Shown one piece after another: positions 24,447 to 34,451 of a stretch of DNA of 64,000 bases. The notes beneath the pieces are model-generated. The model was given only the letters and a program-made list of their open reading frames with translations. It made no database searches and had not been told where the DNA came from. A program made the position numbers and the translations under genes. The DNA comes from Patescibacteria group bacterium (GTDB lineage Bacteria > Patescibacteriota > Patescibacteriia > SG8-24 > DYFX01). How positions within the stretch are numbered: position 1 is the stretch's first letter; each line of letters begins with the position of its first letter. The stretch spans positions 231,412 through 295,411 of the forward strand of contig JBAZZB010000002.1 of assembly GCA_041659045.1 (NCBI GenBank), in the 5' to 3' direction.

Positions 24447-25181
24447 ATGACGAACCAAGCCGCTCTTTCACCAGCCGAGCGCGACGCGCTGCGCCCCATC
24501 GCCGACACCTGGATGCGCGAGTACATCTTCGCGTTGGGCGAGGCCTCCTTCAACCCGAATACGACACTCGAACAATGGATCGATGTCGCCTGGGAGAAGG
24601 GCCTGCTCGACCACGTCTCGCCGACCGATCCGGCCGTGCGCGAGGCTCGCGCCCGCATGGGCCGCACCCTCTGGCGCGAGCGACAGGACCCCGTGCTCTA
24701 CTGGCGCCTCCAGTACGCGCTGGAGAACTTCCGCGTCAGCGCACAGCACACGCGAACGTCTGGGCCCGCCGCCCAAGCGTGCGTGGAGCTCAGCAAGGAG
24801 TTGGGCAAGAATCGCACCAAGCTTGAAGAGTACTTCCCGAAGCTGAAGTACCACTCGAGCTGGCCGTGGTACTTGGAGCTCAGCAAGCTCCTCATGGCGC
24901 GTGCGCAGAAGACGCTGCGCGGCATGGGAGTGACGCCGCACGAGCCCACGTTGCGTCGGCACTCGACCGGCGTTTTCCGCGGCATTCCCGTCGAGATCGA
25001 GACCGTTTGCGATGACGGAACGCTGTGGCTTCAAGCAACTGAATGGGGTGAAGGCAACGCGAATGTTATCGCGCTTCTCGACCTCATGACCGGGGACTAC
25101 CAGCTCAATGACGGCCGCGGCATCTGTCCGAGCCTGATCGATGCAACCGTTTTCACGCCCTACAAGGACAAGGATCGCTAG
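24447..25181 (+). CDS. hypothetical protein (GC-rich)
   Basis: 244 aa preceded by CAGGAGA. The terminator GAAGGGttttCCCCTTC plus T7 follows. Confidence 0.5.
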   Translation: MTNQAALSPAERDALRPIADTWMREYIFALGEASFNPNTTLEQWIDVAWEKGLLDHVSPTDPAVREARARMGRTLWRERQDPVLYWRLQYALENFRVSAQHTRTSGPAAQACVELSKELGKNRTKLEEYFPKLKYHSSWPWYLELSKLLMARAQKTLRGMGVTPHEPTLRRHSTGVFRGIPVEIETVCDDGTLWLQATEWGEGNANVIALLDLMTGDYQLNDGRGICPSLIDATVFTPYKDKDR

Positions 25182-25227
25182 AAGGGTTTTCCCCTTCTTT
25201 TTTTATTAGCATGCTGCTTCCCTCATC

Positions 25228-25256
25228 TTGACAATGAGGCCAAAATGCACTATGTT
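25228..25256 (+). promoter_or_regulatory. promoter TTGACA-N17-TATGTT
   Basis: This is a near-consensus sigma70-type promoter upstream of the 25313 ORF. Confidence 0.55.
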
Positions 25257-25312
25257 CCCGTCAGCTTCGAAGCATCTTGCGACGAAGAATCAACTTTCAC
25301 GACGAGGTGCGC

Positions 25313-25924
25313 GTGTCGAAAGATCCCTTCTCAACGATCGCCAAGATCGCCGTATGGTTCCTTCTCGGCCTGACCCTGGCCACCCTGCCTGCAAATTGCC
25401 GGCGGAACGACCGACTGGATGCGCTCGAGAAGCGCCTGGCGGAAAAGGATGCGGCAGCGAAGCCGAAGAGCGAGAAGCTCTACGTCGTGGCCGAGCCGGA
25501 GGATCCCGTGCCCGTACCGGGAGCAGTCATCTCGATCAACATGGTCGAGGAGAAGCCCGACGAGGTCTACCGCGACATCACCGTCGTCACATCGATCGTC
25601 CACGCTCCTGGCACCGGATGCCGGCTCTCGCACTTGCGTGAAGAGATCACTGCCCTCGAGATCCGCGGCCGCTACGTTCTCGTCCAGTACGAACGGCGCG
25701 GTACCACGGAGGAGATCGAGTCCTGGCGGAAGAAGTGGTTCTATCGCACCGACCCACCCTTCTGCGAGAACGGCGACATCGGCGTGATGAGCTTCGAGGA
25801 TTTCGAACGCTATCGATACGGCGCGGAAACCGACGTCATCGTGCAGCGAGAGCAGCGCGAGGAGCTCGCGCGGATACACATGCTCTTTCCCGAGTTATTG
25901 GCAACGCCAGCTGAAGGACCCTAA
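25313..25924 (+). CDS. hypothetical secreted/membrane-anchored protein
   Basis: GTG start preceded by GAGGTG. The N-terminal hydrophobic segment is IAKIAVWFLLGLTLATLPANC. The terminator GAAGGACcctaacGTCCTTC plus T-run follows. Confidence 0.45.
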   Translation: MSKDPFSTIAKIAVWFLLGLTLATLPANCRRNDRLDALEKRLAEKDAAAKPKSEKLYVVAEPEDPVPVPGAVISINMVEEKPDEVYRDITVVTSIVHAPGTGCRLSHLREEITALEIRGRYVLVQYERRGTTEEIESWRKKWFYRTDPPFCENGDIGVMSFEDFERYRYGAETDVIVQREQREELARIHMLFPELLATPAEGP

Positions 25925-26010
25925 CGTCCTTCTTTTTTTGTTCCACCGTTCGATTCTTGACGCGACTTCGGGCGCACGTTAAGGTGACACCTTATCCCGA
26001 ATACTGCGGC

Positions 26011-27156
26011 ATGGCGCTAACGGAGCGACAACAGGTCCTCGATCAACTTCGGACGTCCGAGCGTCCCCTGATCGTTTTCCGCAAGGATTGGAACCCCGAC
26101 ACCGCCGCATCGGCCGTGGCGCTCGCCGTTGGTTTGGAAAGCGCTGGCAAGAAATGCGAAATCGTCTGCGACGGTTTTGCCGCGCCGGAGCATCTTGGAT
26201 TTCTCCCCCAACTCAAGCGCGTACGCCCGGAAATCACCGCGCTACGCACCTTCGTTATTTCCGTCGACACGCAGAAGAGCCGCATTGGCGAACTCTCGTA
26301 TGAATCGAAAGACGGTTTTTTGCACATCTACCTCACTCCGAAAAACGGCACGCTTGAAGCCGAGCATGTGAAGACCGGCACGACCGAGTACCGTCACGAC
26401 CTGATCATCTCGATCGATACCCCGGACCTCGCCTCGCTTGGCGCCGTGCGCGACGTCGCTTCCGATTTTTTCTTCCGCACGCCGATTTTGAACATCGACC
26501 ACTCAATCGCCAACGAGCGCTACGGCCAAATCAACAACGTCGAATCGACAGCCGCCTCAACCAGCGAAGTCGTCTACCGCTTACTGCGCGAACTTGATCG
26601 TCCGATCGACGCCGATCTTGCCACGGCACTACTCACCGGCATCGTTTCCAAAACGCGCAGCTTCAAGTCCGGCGCCATCACGCCACAGACGCTTTCCGCG
26701 GCTTCTGAACTTGTCGCCGCTGGCGCTCAGCGAGATCTTATCGTTTCAAGTCTTTACCGCACGAAGACGATTCCCGTTCTGCGCCTCTGGGGTCGAGCAC
26801 TGGCACGCCTCAAATTTGATTCGACGCTCAAGCTCGTTTCGACCGTGCTGACGCGGCAGGACTTCACCTTAGCTGGTGCCGGAGAAGCTGCTCTGCCGGA
26901 CGTGATCGATGATTTGATTCTCTCCTCACCGGACGCCGAAACAATCGTCTTGATCCACGAACGCGAGGATGGACATATCTGCTGCCTGATCCGCAGCGAC
27001 ATCCGCCGCGACGCCGACACACTCACCGCGCGCTGGGAAGGCGAGGGTGGCCACACGCAGTCGCGTTGCTTCATCAAGGGGAAAACGCCCGCTGAGGCCG
27101 AACAGGAAATCATGGCGCATGTCAGAAATGAGATGCAGAAGACGCGGGCTCTCTGA
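26011..27156 (+). CDS. DHH-family protein, degenerate NrnA paralog (DHH replaced by IDHS; the GGH DHHA1 motif is retained)
   Basis: 381 aa starting MALTERQQ. The upstream TTG at 25957 belongs to the -35 box TTGACG and is not a start codon. The architecture matches the 11791..12807 gene. Confidence 0.6.
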   Translation: MALTERQQVLDQLRTSERPLIVFRKDWNPDTAASAVALAVGLESAGKKCEIVCDGFAAPEHLGFLPQLKRVRPEITALRTFVISVDTQKSRIGELSYESKDGFLHIYLTPKNGTLEAEHVKTGTTEYRHDLIISIDTPDLASLGAVRDVASDFFFRTPILNIDHSIANERYGQINNVESTAASTSEVVYRLLRELDRPIDADLATALLTGIVSKTRSFKSGAITPQTLSAASELVAAGAQRDLIVSSLYRTKTIPVLRLWGRALARLKFDSTLKLVSTVLTRQDFTLAGAGEAALPDVIDDLILSSPDAETIVLIHEREDGHICCLIRSDIRRDADTLTARWEGEGGHTQSRCFIKGKTPAEAEQEIMAHVRNEMQKTRAL

Positions 27157-27174
27157 CCCCTCCGCCCTGCGGGC

Positions 27175-27247
27175 ACCTCCCCTTTCAGGGGAGGATTTTA
27201 ATTACCAAAACCCCCTCTCTGAAAGAGAGGGGGTAGGGGGTGAGTCA
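27175..27247. repeat. approximately 75-bp repeat element, copy B (inverted relative to copy A)
   Basis: Its reverse complement reads GACTCACCCCCTACCCCCTCTCTTTCAGAGAGGGGGTTTTGGTAattaaAATCCTCCCCTGAAAGGGGAGG. It abuts the stop codon of the minus-strand 27245..28159 ORF and lies between convergent genes. Confidence 0.6.
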
Positions 27248-28159
27248 GTATGTCGTCTCGATTGGCCTGACAATGCGAAGCGTGTGGCTCTGCGTGCTCT
27301 CCCCAGTTTCACTCTCTCCAAGCGCGTACACCGTCCAGGCTTGAAACCCTTTCGGGATCGCGAGCGTCCACGTTTGCTGACCTTCCAATTCGCTTGCCAG
27401 CGTTGCCTGTCCGAGTTCGTATGGTTGCGACCCGGGATTGTGCGGATACTCCGTCGCCAGCACACGAACCCTGGCGAGGCCGCGACTCTTCACTAAAAAC
27501 ACAGAGTCAGGATAGTAGTTGTGCGTCGTGTATTCCCACTTCGACGGCGTGACGTTCAAAAGATCAATCTGCACGTTCGTGTTCCAATCGCTCGGATCCG
27601 CTTGGCTGACCTCACCCGCCGCGACGCTCACGAGAATCGGCGAATGATTTTTGCACGTTTCCAATTTTCCGCACTTCACGTGCTCAGACCAATACGCACG
27701 CTTGCCACTTTCATCATCCACGCGAGTGGCATACACCCAATAGTTGCCCGGCTCGGCCGCAATCACAAACTCGGTCGCGCCATTGATCGTTTGCTGACAA
27801 AATACTTTTTCACCCTTCTCGAGATTTGCAGCGCACACACGTTGCGCTGGAACGCTCACCCCTTCAGGTGCGGAAATGCGTCCTACAATGGTGCCGCTTC
27901 CTGCACCACCCGCACAAGCAATTTTTGTGCAGCTCCAGCCGGTCGTGCCACACGTGCACACGTTACAGCCGTCATCTGCTTGGCGCTGCTCGCTTTCATG
28001 ATACGTCTGCCCCTGGTAGTCGCAGCTGAGCACGCCTGCAGCATAGGTTACGCCTCGCAAACTTAGCACCGCTTCTTTCACGGGGTGATACCCGAAATAG
28101 ACAAGCAGCGCGAAAAGCGCGATGAGAACGTATTTGCGCAAGAGGGCGATCATGCCCAC
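27245..28159 (-). CDS. hypothetical secreted Cys-rich protein, co-transcribed with malic enzyme
   Basis: 304 aa with an N-terminal signal anchor and a Cys-rich N-terminal region (CDYQ..CNVCTCGTTGWSCTKIAC). It begins 8 nt after the malic-enzyme stop. Confidence 0.5.
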   Translation of the reverse strand: MGMIALLRKYVLIALFALLVYFGYHPVKEAVLSLRGVTYAAGVLSCDYQGQTYHESEQRQADDGCNVCTCGTTGWSCTKIACAGGAGSGTIVGRISAPEGVSVPAQRVCAANLEKGEKVFCQQTINGATEFVIAAEPGNYWVYATRVDDESGKRAYWSEHVKCGKLETCKNHSPILVSVAAGEVSQADPSDWNTNVQIDLLNVTPSKWEYTTHNYYPDSVFLVKSRGLARVRVLATEYPHNPGSQPYELGQATLASELEGQQTWTLAIPKGFQAWTVYALGESETGESTQSHTLRIVRPIETTY

Positions 28160-28167
28160 ATTCTATC

Positions 28168-29319
28168 TTACTCGGCGGCGGCTTGGGAGACGGCGGCAGC
28201 AACGGCAACCGTCGCGCTTTTATCGAGCGCGTCGGGAATAATGCGCTCCACGCTTGGTTCAGGCACAAGATTCGCAAGCGCCTGCGCGGCGGCGAGCTTC
28301 ATATGCTCGGTGATTTTCAAGGCACCCGCGTCAAAAACGCCACGGAAAACTCCGGGGAACGCCAAGAGATTATTGATCTGGTTTGGGAAATCGGAGCGTC
28401 CGGTCGCCACAACTCCGGCACCTCCGGCTTTGGCTTCGTCCGGCATGATTTCCGGCGTCGGGTTCGCCATGGCGAAAATGATCGGCCGCGTCGCCATGCT
28501 ACGCACCATTTCTTGCGTCATGATTCCACCTTTCGAAAGACCGATGAACACGTCCGCGCCCACGAGTGCATCGGCCAACGTGCCGGCAAGAGCGCGCGGG
28601 TTTGACCACGCGAGCAGCGCCGTCTTCGATTCATCCAAGTCGGTTCGCTCTTTGCCGATGACGCCTTTTGAATCGCACAGCGTAATATCGGTCGCGCCGT
28701 ACGCGCGCAAAAGTTTGGCGACGGCGACGCCGGCGGCTCCGGCTCCAGAGAAAATAATCTTCGCGCTCGCGAGGTCACGACCAAGCGTCTTGCAGGCATT
28801 GATCAAACCAGCCAAGACAACGATGGCGGTGCCGTGTTGATCGTCATGAAAAACAGGAATATCCAATTCTTCCGTCAGGCGGCGTTCAATCTCGAAGCAA
28901 CGCGGCGCGGAGATATCTTCCAGGTTGATGCCGCCAAACGTCGGCGCAATGCGCTTCACCGTCTCGACGATTTCGTTCACGTCTTTTGTCGCAAGCGCAA
29001 TCGGAAAGGCGTTGAGTCCGGCGAATTCTTTAAAAAGAATCGCTTTCCCTTCCATGACAGGAAGTGACGCGAGCGGGCCGATGTCACCGAGGCCGAGCAC
29101 GGCGGTTCCGTCCGTTACGACCGCAACGGTTCTGCCTTTAAGCGTGAGCTTCTTCGCGAGAGACGGATCTTTCGCAATCGCGAGGCACGGCGCGGCGACG
29201 CCCGGTGTATAGACCGTCGAAAGCGTTTCGCGATCAGTAACCGGAACAACGCTCACGACATCGAGTTTACCCTGATATTTTTCGTGGAGTTCCAGTGAGG
29301 CGGCGTTGTAGTCTTTCAT
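28168..29319 (-). CDS. maeB: NAD(P)-dependent malic enzyme (short bacterial type)
   Basis: 383 aa. The protein matches malic-enzyme N-terminal and NAD-binding domains along its full length (GxGxxG at SGAGAAGVAVAKLL). Confidence 0.9.
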   Translation of the reverse strand: MKDYNAASLELHEKYQGKLDVVSVVPVTDRETLSTVYTPGVAAPCLAIAKDPSLAKKLTLKGRTVAVVTDGTAVLGLGDIGPLASLPVMEGKAILFKEFAGLNAFPIALATKDVNEIVETVKRIAPTFGGINLEDISAPRCFEIERRLTEELDIPVFHDDQHGTAIVVLAGLINACKTLGRDLASAKIIFSGAGAAGVAVAKLLRAYGATDITLCDSKGVIGKERTDLDESKTALLAWSNPRALAGTLADALVGADVFIGLSKGGIMTQEMVRSMATRPIIFAMANPTPEIMPDEAKAGGAGVVATGRSDFPNQINNLLAFPGVFRGVFDAGALKITEHMKLAAAQALANLVPEPSVERIIPDALDKSATVAVAAAVSQAAAE

Positions 29320-29389
29320 GACGGCAAATGAGTTTCAGATGCATATCGTAGCATCGGCCTTATAAAAGAAAAAGAACCGCGAATGCGGT

Positions 29390-30196
29390 TCAGCCGTTGT
29401 ACGGCGTGACGGTCAGGAACCAGACGTCAGGACGGCGATAGCCGTCACGGTCGTTGAAGTCGCTGTCGAGCCTCCATTGCATGGAGCGGTCCCGATGATC
29501 GTTGACATCATCCTTCACGCCTGGAGTGAGCAGCACCGGAACCATCTTCTGCTCGGACCGGCGAGGCTCCTGATGCGTACCCAGAGCGTAGATGCGGCAC
29601 GGGCCGTACTTGTAGACCCAGTCCTCGGCGCTGAGATGCTCCGATACTTCGGCAGCAAACGAGGCCGCCTGGTGGAAGTTCGCGTGATGGAAGCCGCGAG
29701 CCCGGAGGTCAGCGGCCACACGCGGAAGCCCGGACGACACGCCGCGCATCACGTCCTCGCGGTACTGCGGATCGCCCATCGCATAGGACACGAGCGTGCA
29801 GCGAAATTCCGACGGGCCGTCATACGTTCCCGGGAACCACTCGTCGCGCTCGCCGCTGCCAGCGACATACTCGGCGAGCCGCCACTTCAACAACCCCGCC
29901 TTCTCGAGCGCCTCGCCGCGCGGCAGAAAGTCTCGCGCCTTGAAGACGTGGTTCGACTCCTTCATCAGGAGACCCGAGCTGGGACGGCGGCGAACGAAGG
30001 CTTGGATGCGCTGGAAGTTGTCGAGCGCCCACTGGGCATCGCGTTGGTCAAGCTCGTCGATGAACGCGCGGAAGGCCGTTTCGAGACCGAATCCCTGCGC
30101 GCGCGTGATCGTGCCGGGCATTTTTTGATCAGACAAGGAACACTCTCCTGTGTTGGAAGATACCGTCCTTGTAGCAAAACGGAGCGTCTTTGTCAA
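29390..30196 (-). CDS. hypothetical protein
   Basis: 268 aa with an ATGA overlap with the upstream EVE gene. An alternative internal start lies at MPGTITRAQ. Confidence 0.45.
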   Translation of the reverse strand: MTKTLRFATRTVSSNTGECSLSDQKMPGTITRAQGFGLETAFRAFIDELDQRDAQWALDNFQRIQAFVRRRPSSGLLMKESNHVFKARDFLPRGEALEKAGLLKWRLAEYVAGSGERDEWFPGTYDGPSEFRCTLVSYAMGDPQYREDVMRGVSSGLPRVAADLRARGFHHANFHQAASFAAEVSEHLSAEDWVYKYGPCRIYALGTHQEPRRSEQKMVPVLLTPGVKDDVNDHRDRSMQWRLDSDFNDRDGYRRPDVWFLTVTPYNG

Positions 30197-30648
30197 CGCT
30201 CGGCAACCTTCAGGATCGCTTCAAATTCCTTCTCCGTCACCGGTTGCACGGAAAGCCTGGAACCGCGCTCCAGCAGCACCATATCTTTCAGTGCCTTCAT
30301 GCTGCGCAACTCATCAAGCGAAATCAAACGCGGAAATTTTTTCACGAATCCCACGTCGACGCAGTGCCAGATCGGTTTTGTTTTCGTGGCCTTCGGATCA
30401 AAGTACTGGCTCTTCTTTTCAAACTGCGTCTCGTCGGGATGCGCCTCGGCGACAACCTTGGCGAGTCCGGCCACGCCCGGAGGAATTGTGCTGGAATGAT
30501 AGAACAGCACCGCATCACCGACACGCATCTCCTTCATAAAATTGCGCGCTTGATAATTACGTACGCCACTCCAGGCGTCTTTTTTCAGACGTTTCAGGTC
30601 ATCGATCGAGAAAGCGTCCGGTTCAGTTTTCATCAGCCAGTAGCGCAT
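30193..30648 (-). CDS. EVE (PUA-like) domain protein
   Basis: 151 aa. MRYWLMKTEPDAFSIDDL...WSGVRNYQARNFMKEMRVGDAVLFYHS is the canonical EVE signature. Confidence 0.85.
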   Translation of the reverse strand: MRYWLMKTEPDAFSIDDLKRLKKDAWSGVRNYQARNFMKEMRVGDAVLFYHSSTIPPGVAGLAKVVAEAHPDETQFEKKSQYFDPKATKTKPIWHCVDVGFVKKFPRLISLDELRSMKALKDMVLLERGSRLSVQPVTEKEFEAILKVAER

Positions 30649-30737
30649 AGTGCGCCCAGTCTACCGTATTCGCATTGACGCCGCCCAGAGCCGGCGTTAA
30701 AGTGCCGCCACGCCGAACTTCCGGCGAGGAGGCACGC

Positions 30738-31328
30738 ATGCGCTCTCTCATTCTCATGACGCTCCTGGCCGTTTGCGCTCTCCCTCGCTCCGCCGCGGCC
30801 GAAAACGTCGAAACGGACGCTCCAGTGATCGAATCGTGGACCGACTTCGGCGGCACGATTCCGTTCCGAGGCGCGACCGGCATCCGGCTCCAAGGCCGCG
30901 TCGTGATCAGCCAAGACGATCTGCGCGACGCCTACGAAGCCAGCATCGGCGCCTCTCGCGAGCTCTGGCCGCACGCCGGACTCGACGTGACCGCCGGGTA
31001 CGGCTACGGCGGCGAGCAGCACACGTTCATTCTCACCGCCTTCCACGAAGCGACATTCGGCAAGGGCGTACACAGCCGCGGCTACGCGGTCGAACAGCGG
31101 CTGCGTCATGGCGACGGCTGGACGCACGAAGGCTTCTACCGCGTCGACTACGCCGTCGTCGGGCTACACCTCGCGCATCTCGGAATCAACGAGCTCGCCG
31201 CAGGCTTCCAACTCGGCACCGGGCTGGGCTACCGCCAAGCGCGCGTCGAAGCGCGTTTCTCCTTCGGCCTCGCGGGTTCGGCACCCGATCGCGTCACGGC
31301 TTGCGTCCTCACCTTCAACGTCCCTTGA
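30738..31328 (+). CDS. hypothetical secreted beta-rich protein, paralog 1
   Basis: The signal peptide is MRSLILMTLLAVCALPRSAAA and the start is preceded by GAGGAGG. It shares Gly/aromatic beta-strand motifs (..LTFN..) with the 32495..33181 ORF. Confidence 0.5.
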   Translation: MRSLILMTLLAVCALPRSAAAENVETDAPVIESWTDFGGTIPFRGATGIRLQGRVVISQDDLRDAYEASIGASRELWPHAGLDVTAGYGYGGEQHTFILTAFHEATFGKGVHSRGYAVEQRLRHGDGWTHEGFYRVDYAVVGLHLAHLGINELAAGFQLGTGLGYRQARVEARFSFGLAGSAPDRVTACVLTFNVP

Positions 31329-31402
31329 AACGGGACGTTTTTCATTTGCGCGATCGCGAGGTTGGAGTTACCATGCGGCCTGTCCAAGCAAGGAGCACGA
31401 CC

Positions 31403-32413
31403 ATGTCCAAGATCGAAGAGGAACTGCAAGCGGCTCGCGCACGTCGAGACGCGAGCACGCAAGAAGCCGCATCCGAAATGCAGGCCCTTACCGCGCGTAT
31501 CAAGGCCGGCGAAACCACTGGCGACACGATCCGCGATTATCTCATCGCGAACTGGCCGGATACAGCCGCATCGCCGGAGGGCGCGAAGATCGAGGAAGCC
31601 TATCGCTCGCTCGTGGCGCGTACGGCCGGTAAGAAGGGACAGTTCGTGCTGCTCATCGAGCGTGAAAAGATCCACGCCGGCGGCTGCGAGGTGCAGTGGG
31701 CGCCGATGCGCGAGAGCTTTGCGTTCGGGCGGCTCGAGGGGGACGCATTGCGTCTCAGTCTCCACATGGCTGGCTGGGCTTTCCCGACAACGCAGTTCTC
31801 CCGCTACGGCGACGTTCACAATCTTCGCACCTTTTACAAAGATCCAGAGATTCACAGCGAGCAAGGAAGCCTGCGTCCCTGGTGCGAGATCGCGTTCTTC
31901 AAGCTGCAATCGGAGCAAGTCGATCTGAACGGTTGCGAGAACCCGGGGTTTGCCTATTTCAACCTCGGCGTCGATTACAACAGCCCGATCATGAAGCTCG
32001 TGATACTGATCGGCAACGACGAGATCGACGCCTGGTGCCGCCGCATCCGCGCGGACGGCGATCTGATCAAGGTTATTCAAACAACGAAGTATCGGGTCGA
32101 TACCGCGCGCGTCGACATGATTCGCCAGCTGGCGAAAGCGATTGGCGCCGATCCCGAAGGGATCCTGGCGGTCAAGCAACTCAATGACCTCGAACGCGCC
32201 GAGACGCTCGAGAAGCTCCAGACTGAAGTGGAGCGCCTGCGTGTCGCGAACGAAGGTTTCAAGGAAGCGAAGACACCGGCCGATGGAGCTCTTCACGGCG
32301 GAACCGTCGTGACGGCCCGCGAGAACATTCTCAAGCTCCTCGACAAGGCCGAAAGCCTCGGCATCAACGACCCGTTCATCCAGCGCCTCCGCGCCGCCCA
32401 CCCCGCGAAATGA
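31403..32413 (+). CDS. hypothetical protein
   Basis: 336 aa starting MSKIEE, preceded by AAGGAG with a 7-nt spacer. The long 30773..32413 frame in the ORF track is a read-through artefact. Confidence 0.5.
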   Translation: MSKIEEELQAARARRDASTQEAASEMQALTARIKAGETTGDTIRDYLIANWPDTAASPEGAKIEEAYRSLVARTAGKKGQFVLLIEREKIHAGGCEVQWAPMRESFAFGRLEGDALRLSLHMAGWAFPTTQFSRYGDVHNLRTFYKDPEIHSEQGSLRPWCEIAFFKLQSEQVDLNGCENPGFAYFNLGVDYNSPIMKLVILIGNDEIDAWCRRIRADGDLIKVIQTTKYRVDTARVDMIRQLAKAIGADPEGILAVKQLNDLERAETLEKLQTEVERLRVANEGFKEAKTPADGALHGGTVVTARENILKLLDKAESLGINDPFIQRLRAAHPAK

Positions 32414-32494
32414 TCGCGGGTTTTTCTTTTGTCGCATCTTGACGGAAGGCTTTGCGTATGCTAGTTTCCGCACGGATCTCAACTTGGAGGAACC

Positions 32495-33181
32495 ATGATC
32501 CGATCACTCTTCAGTATCGCTCTCGCCTGCATCTGCCTGACTCAGCGCGAAGCGCGCGCCGAACCGTCTGTCGTGTACGGAGAAGGAACCTTCATCGCGC
32601 GCAAGCGGGTGAACGAAAACGTCTTCTTCTTCGGCGAAGTGCGCCATCTGGAAGGACTCGGCACCGAGCAGTTCGAAGAGATGCTGACGAGCGCGGTGCT
32701 CGGCTTCGGCGGAAACTTCGCGAACGGGATCCGTGTCGAGACCGGCTTCGGACTCGTCGCCCGTCTCGAGCGCGGTCGACACGCCGAAGAACTCGCGGGA
32801 ACCACCGTGTCCTGGCTCGAAGAGGAACGCATGAACGGTTGGTCCGAATCGTTCCGCGTCTTCATGGAGCACGGTCGCATCGCGACGGCGGGCGAAGTCC
32901 TGATCGGCATGCCGTTCTCTTCGAACGAGAACCGAAAGCCGTTCATCGAGGGCCGTTACAGCCTCGCCGTGCTCGTCGCCGGAAAGAAGGACGAGGGCAG
33001 GCGCTTCTGGTTCGGCATCCATGTCGATCAGCTGAACACGCGCCTCACGGACGGCCTCAACCTGACGTTCGCCTTCGGCAAGATGAACGTCGTCTCGCTC
33101 CGTCTCTCCCTGAACTCCGGCCTCACCGACAACGCGCCCGAATGGTCGTCGCGTCTCGGTCTCGTCTGCGACTTCGAGTGA
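32495..33181 (+). CDS. hypothetical secreted beta-rich protein, paralog 2
   Basis: The signal peptide is MIRSLFSIALACICLTQREARA and the start is preceded by GGAGGAA. It shares motifs with the 30738..31328 ORF. Confidence 0.5.
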   Translation: MIRSLFSIALACICLTQREARAEPSVVYGEGTFIARKRVNENVFFFGEVRHLEGLGTEQFEEMLTSAVLGFGGNFANGIRVETGFGLVARLERGRHAEELAGTTVSWLEEERMNGWSESFRVFMEHGRIATAGEVLIGMPFSSNENRKPFIEGRYSLAVLVAGKKDEGRRFWFGIHVDQLNTRLTDGLNLTFAFGKMNVVSLRLSLNSGLTDNAPEWSSRLGLVCDFE

Positions 33182-33200
33182 TCGAAGTCGTTTTTATTTT
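33169..33200. terminator. bidirectional intrinsic terminator
   Basis: The hairpin CGACTTCGagtgaTCGAAGTCG is followed by TTTTTATTTT. It lies between the convergent 32495 ORF and dedA. Confidence 0.55.
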
Positions 33201-33838
33201 GCGCGCCGACTTCGCAACCACTCGCGAATGATTTGGATCAGTGCCGGAAGTCCCGGGATGATAATCATGGCGAGAATGACGATTTCAAAATTCTTTTTGA
33301 TGATCGGTACGTTGCCGAAAAAGTATCCGCCGAAGACAAAGAGCGTCACCCAAAGCGCTGCGCCAAGAACATTATAAAGAGAGAAAACGGAGGCCTTCAT
33401 GTGACCAACGCCTGCGACAAATGGGGCGAAGGTGCGGATGATCGGCATGAAGCGCGCGATCACGATCGTCTTTGCGCCGTAGCGTTCGTAGTACCACTGC
33501 GTTTTTGCAATGTGTTCTTTTTTGACCGGAAGTCCACCGAGCGATCCCGTTTCAAGCACGCGTGCACCGACTTTGAGACCGATGCGGTAGTTCAAACCAT
33601 CACCCAAAACCGCCGCAACAAACAAAAGCGTCCAAACAACCCAGACATTCAAAGCACCCGTCGCGGAAAAAGCACCAGCCGCGAAGAGGAGCGAGTCGCC
33701 CGGCAAAAAAGGCGTGACGACCAAACCCGTCTCGCAAAAAACGATCAGAAATAGCGCGCCGTAGATCCAGTTGCCGTAGGTCGCGATCGCCGTTCCCAGC
33801 GTAGCATCCAGATGCAAGAGAAGATCAAGAAATTTCAT
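33194..33838 (-). CDS. dedA: DedA family membrane protein
   Basis: 214 aa. The DedA/SNARE-associated signature ..PGDSLLFAAG.. is present together with multiple TM helices. Confidence 0.85.
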   Translation of the reverse strand: MKFLDLLLHLDATLGTAIATYGNWIYGALFLIVFCETGLVVTPFLPGDSLLFAAGAFSATGALNVWVVWTLLFVAAVLGDGLNYRIGLKVGARVLETGSLGGLPVKKEHIAKTQWYYERYGAKTIVIARFMPIIRTFAPFVAGVGHMKASVFSLYNVLGAALWVTLFVFGGYFFGNVPIIKKNFEIVILAMIIIPGLPALIQIIREWLRSRRAK

Positions 33839-33914
33839 AGCCGCTTCATTCTACGCCATCTTGACAAAATGGTCATTTTGAGGTAAAGATCGTTCATCCA
33901 AGAAAGAGGCGCAC

Positions 33915-34231
33915 ATGCTCGAAGTCAAGACTGACGAGACGATCACCACCATCCGCGTTCTGGCGAGCCAGGGCGCGATCAACTTCGACACCGACAAGCT
34001 CGAGGGCTTCGAGGGCGTGATCGCGGACGTGTTCTCCGCACACGGCATGGGGACCCGCGAGACGTTGATGGAGGATTCGGTACTGATCGACCATGCCGGA
34101 GAGTTCGTCTCCGGCCTCGCCGTGATCTTCCCCAACCTCGAAACCATCACGATCAGCCGCAGCATGAGCTCGGCCGACGGCGGCGGGCGGTACGACTGGA
34201 AGACCTTCCAGCGCAAGCCGCAGACCAGCAA
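33915..34231 (+). CDS. hypothetical protein
   Basis: 105 aa. The promoter TTGACA-N17-TAAAGA is at 33857 and the start is preceded by AGAAAGAGG. Confidence 0.4.
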
Positions 34232-34303
34232 GAGCAGCTGACAGTACGCATCTCGCGTGTTCTAGAGAGCCCTACGGCTCTCTTTTCTTTTGGTAAATAG
34301 GCG

Positions 34304-34332
34304 TTGACACGCCCCTCGGAAGTTGGTATCCT
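34304..34332 (+). promoter_or_regulatory. promoter of the tRNA pair (TTGACA-N17-TATCCT)
   Basis: The sequence reads TTGACAcgcccctcggaagttggTATCCT, about 38 nt upstream of the tRNA-Arg gene. Confidence 0.5.
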
Positions 34333-34370
34333 CCCTCCGTTCGCTTTCCGGTATACAATGAATCCTGCAT

Positions 34371-34447
34371 GTCTCCGTAGCTCAATTGGATAGAGCGGCG
34401 GGCTTCTATCCCGAAGGTTGCAGGTTCGATTCCTGCCGGGGACACCA
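34371..34447 (+). tRNA. tRNA-Arg (anticodon TCT)
   Basis: The acceptor GTCTCCG/CGGGGAC, D arm GCTC..GAGC, anticodon loop CTTCTAT (TCT at 34405-34407), T arm GCAGG-TTCGATT-CCTGC and an encoded CCA all fit a tRNA. There is one G-A mismatch at the base of the anticodon stem. Confidence 0.8.
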
Positions 34448-34451
34448 GCAT

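Noticed and set aside
25957-26010. Track start codon at 25957 for the DHH paralog. The track ORFs at 30675 and 12689 are similar cases.
   Set aside because: The TTG at 25957 is the first triplet of the -35 box TTGACG. A translation start cannot precede its own promoter, so the ATG at 26011 is used. The 30675 ORF likewise starts on a TTGACG.
30773-32413. The 546-aa plus-strand ORF spanning two genes.
   Set aside because: The frame reads through the 30738..31328 gene in a different frame and only becomes meaningful at MSKIEE (31403), which has a strong AAGGAG site. Upstream it is an Arg-rich artefact.
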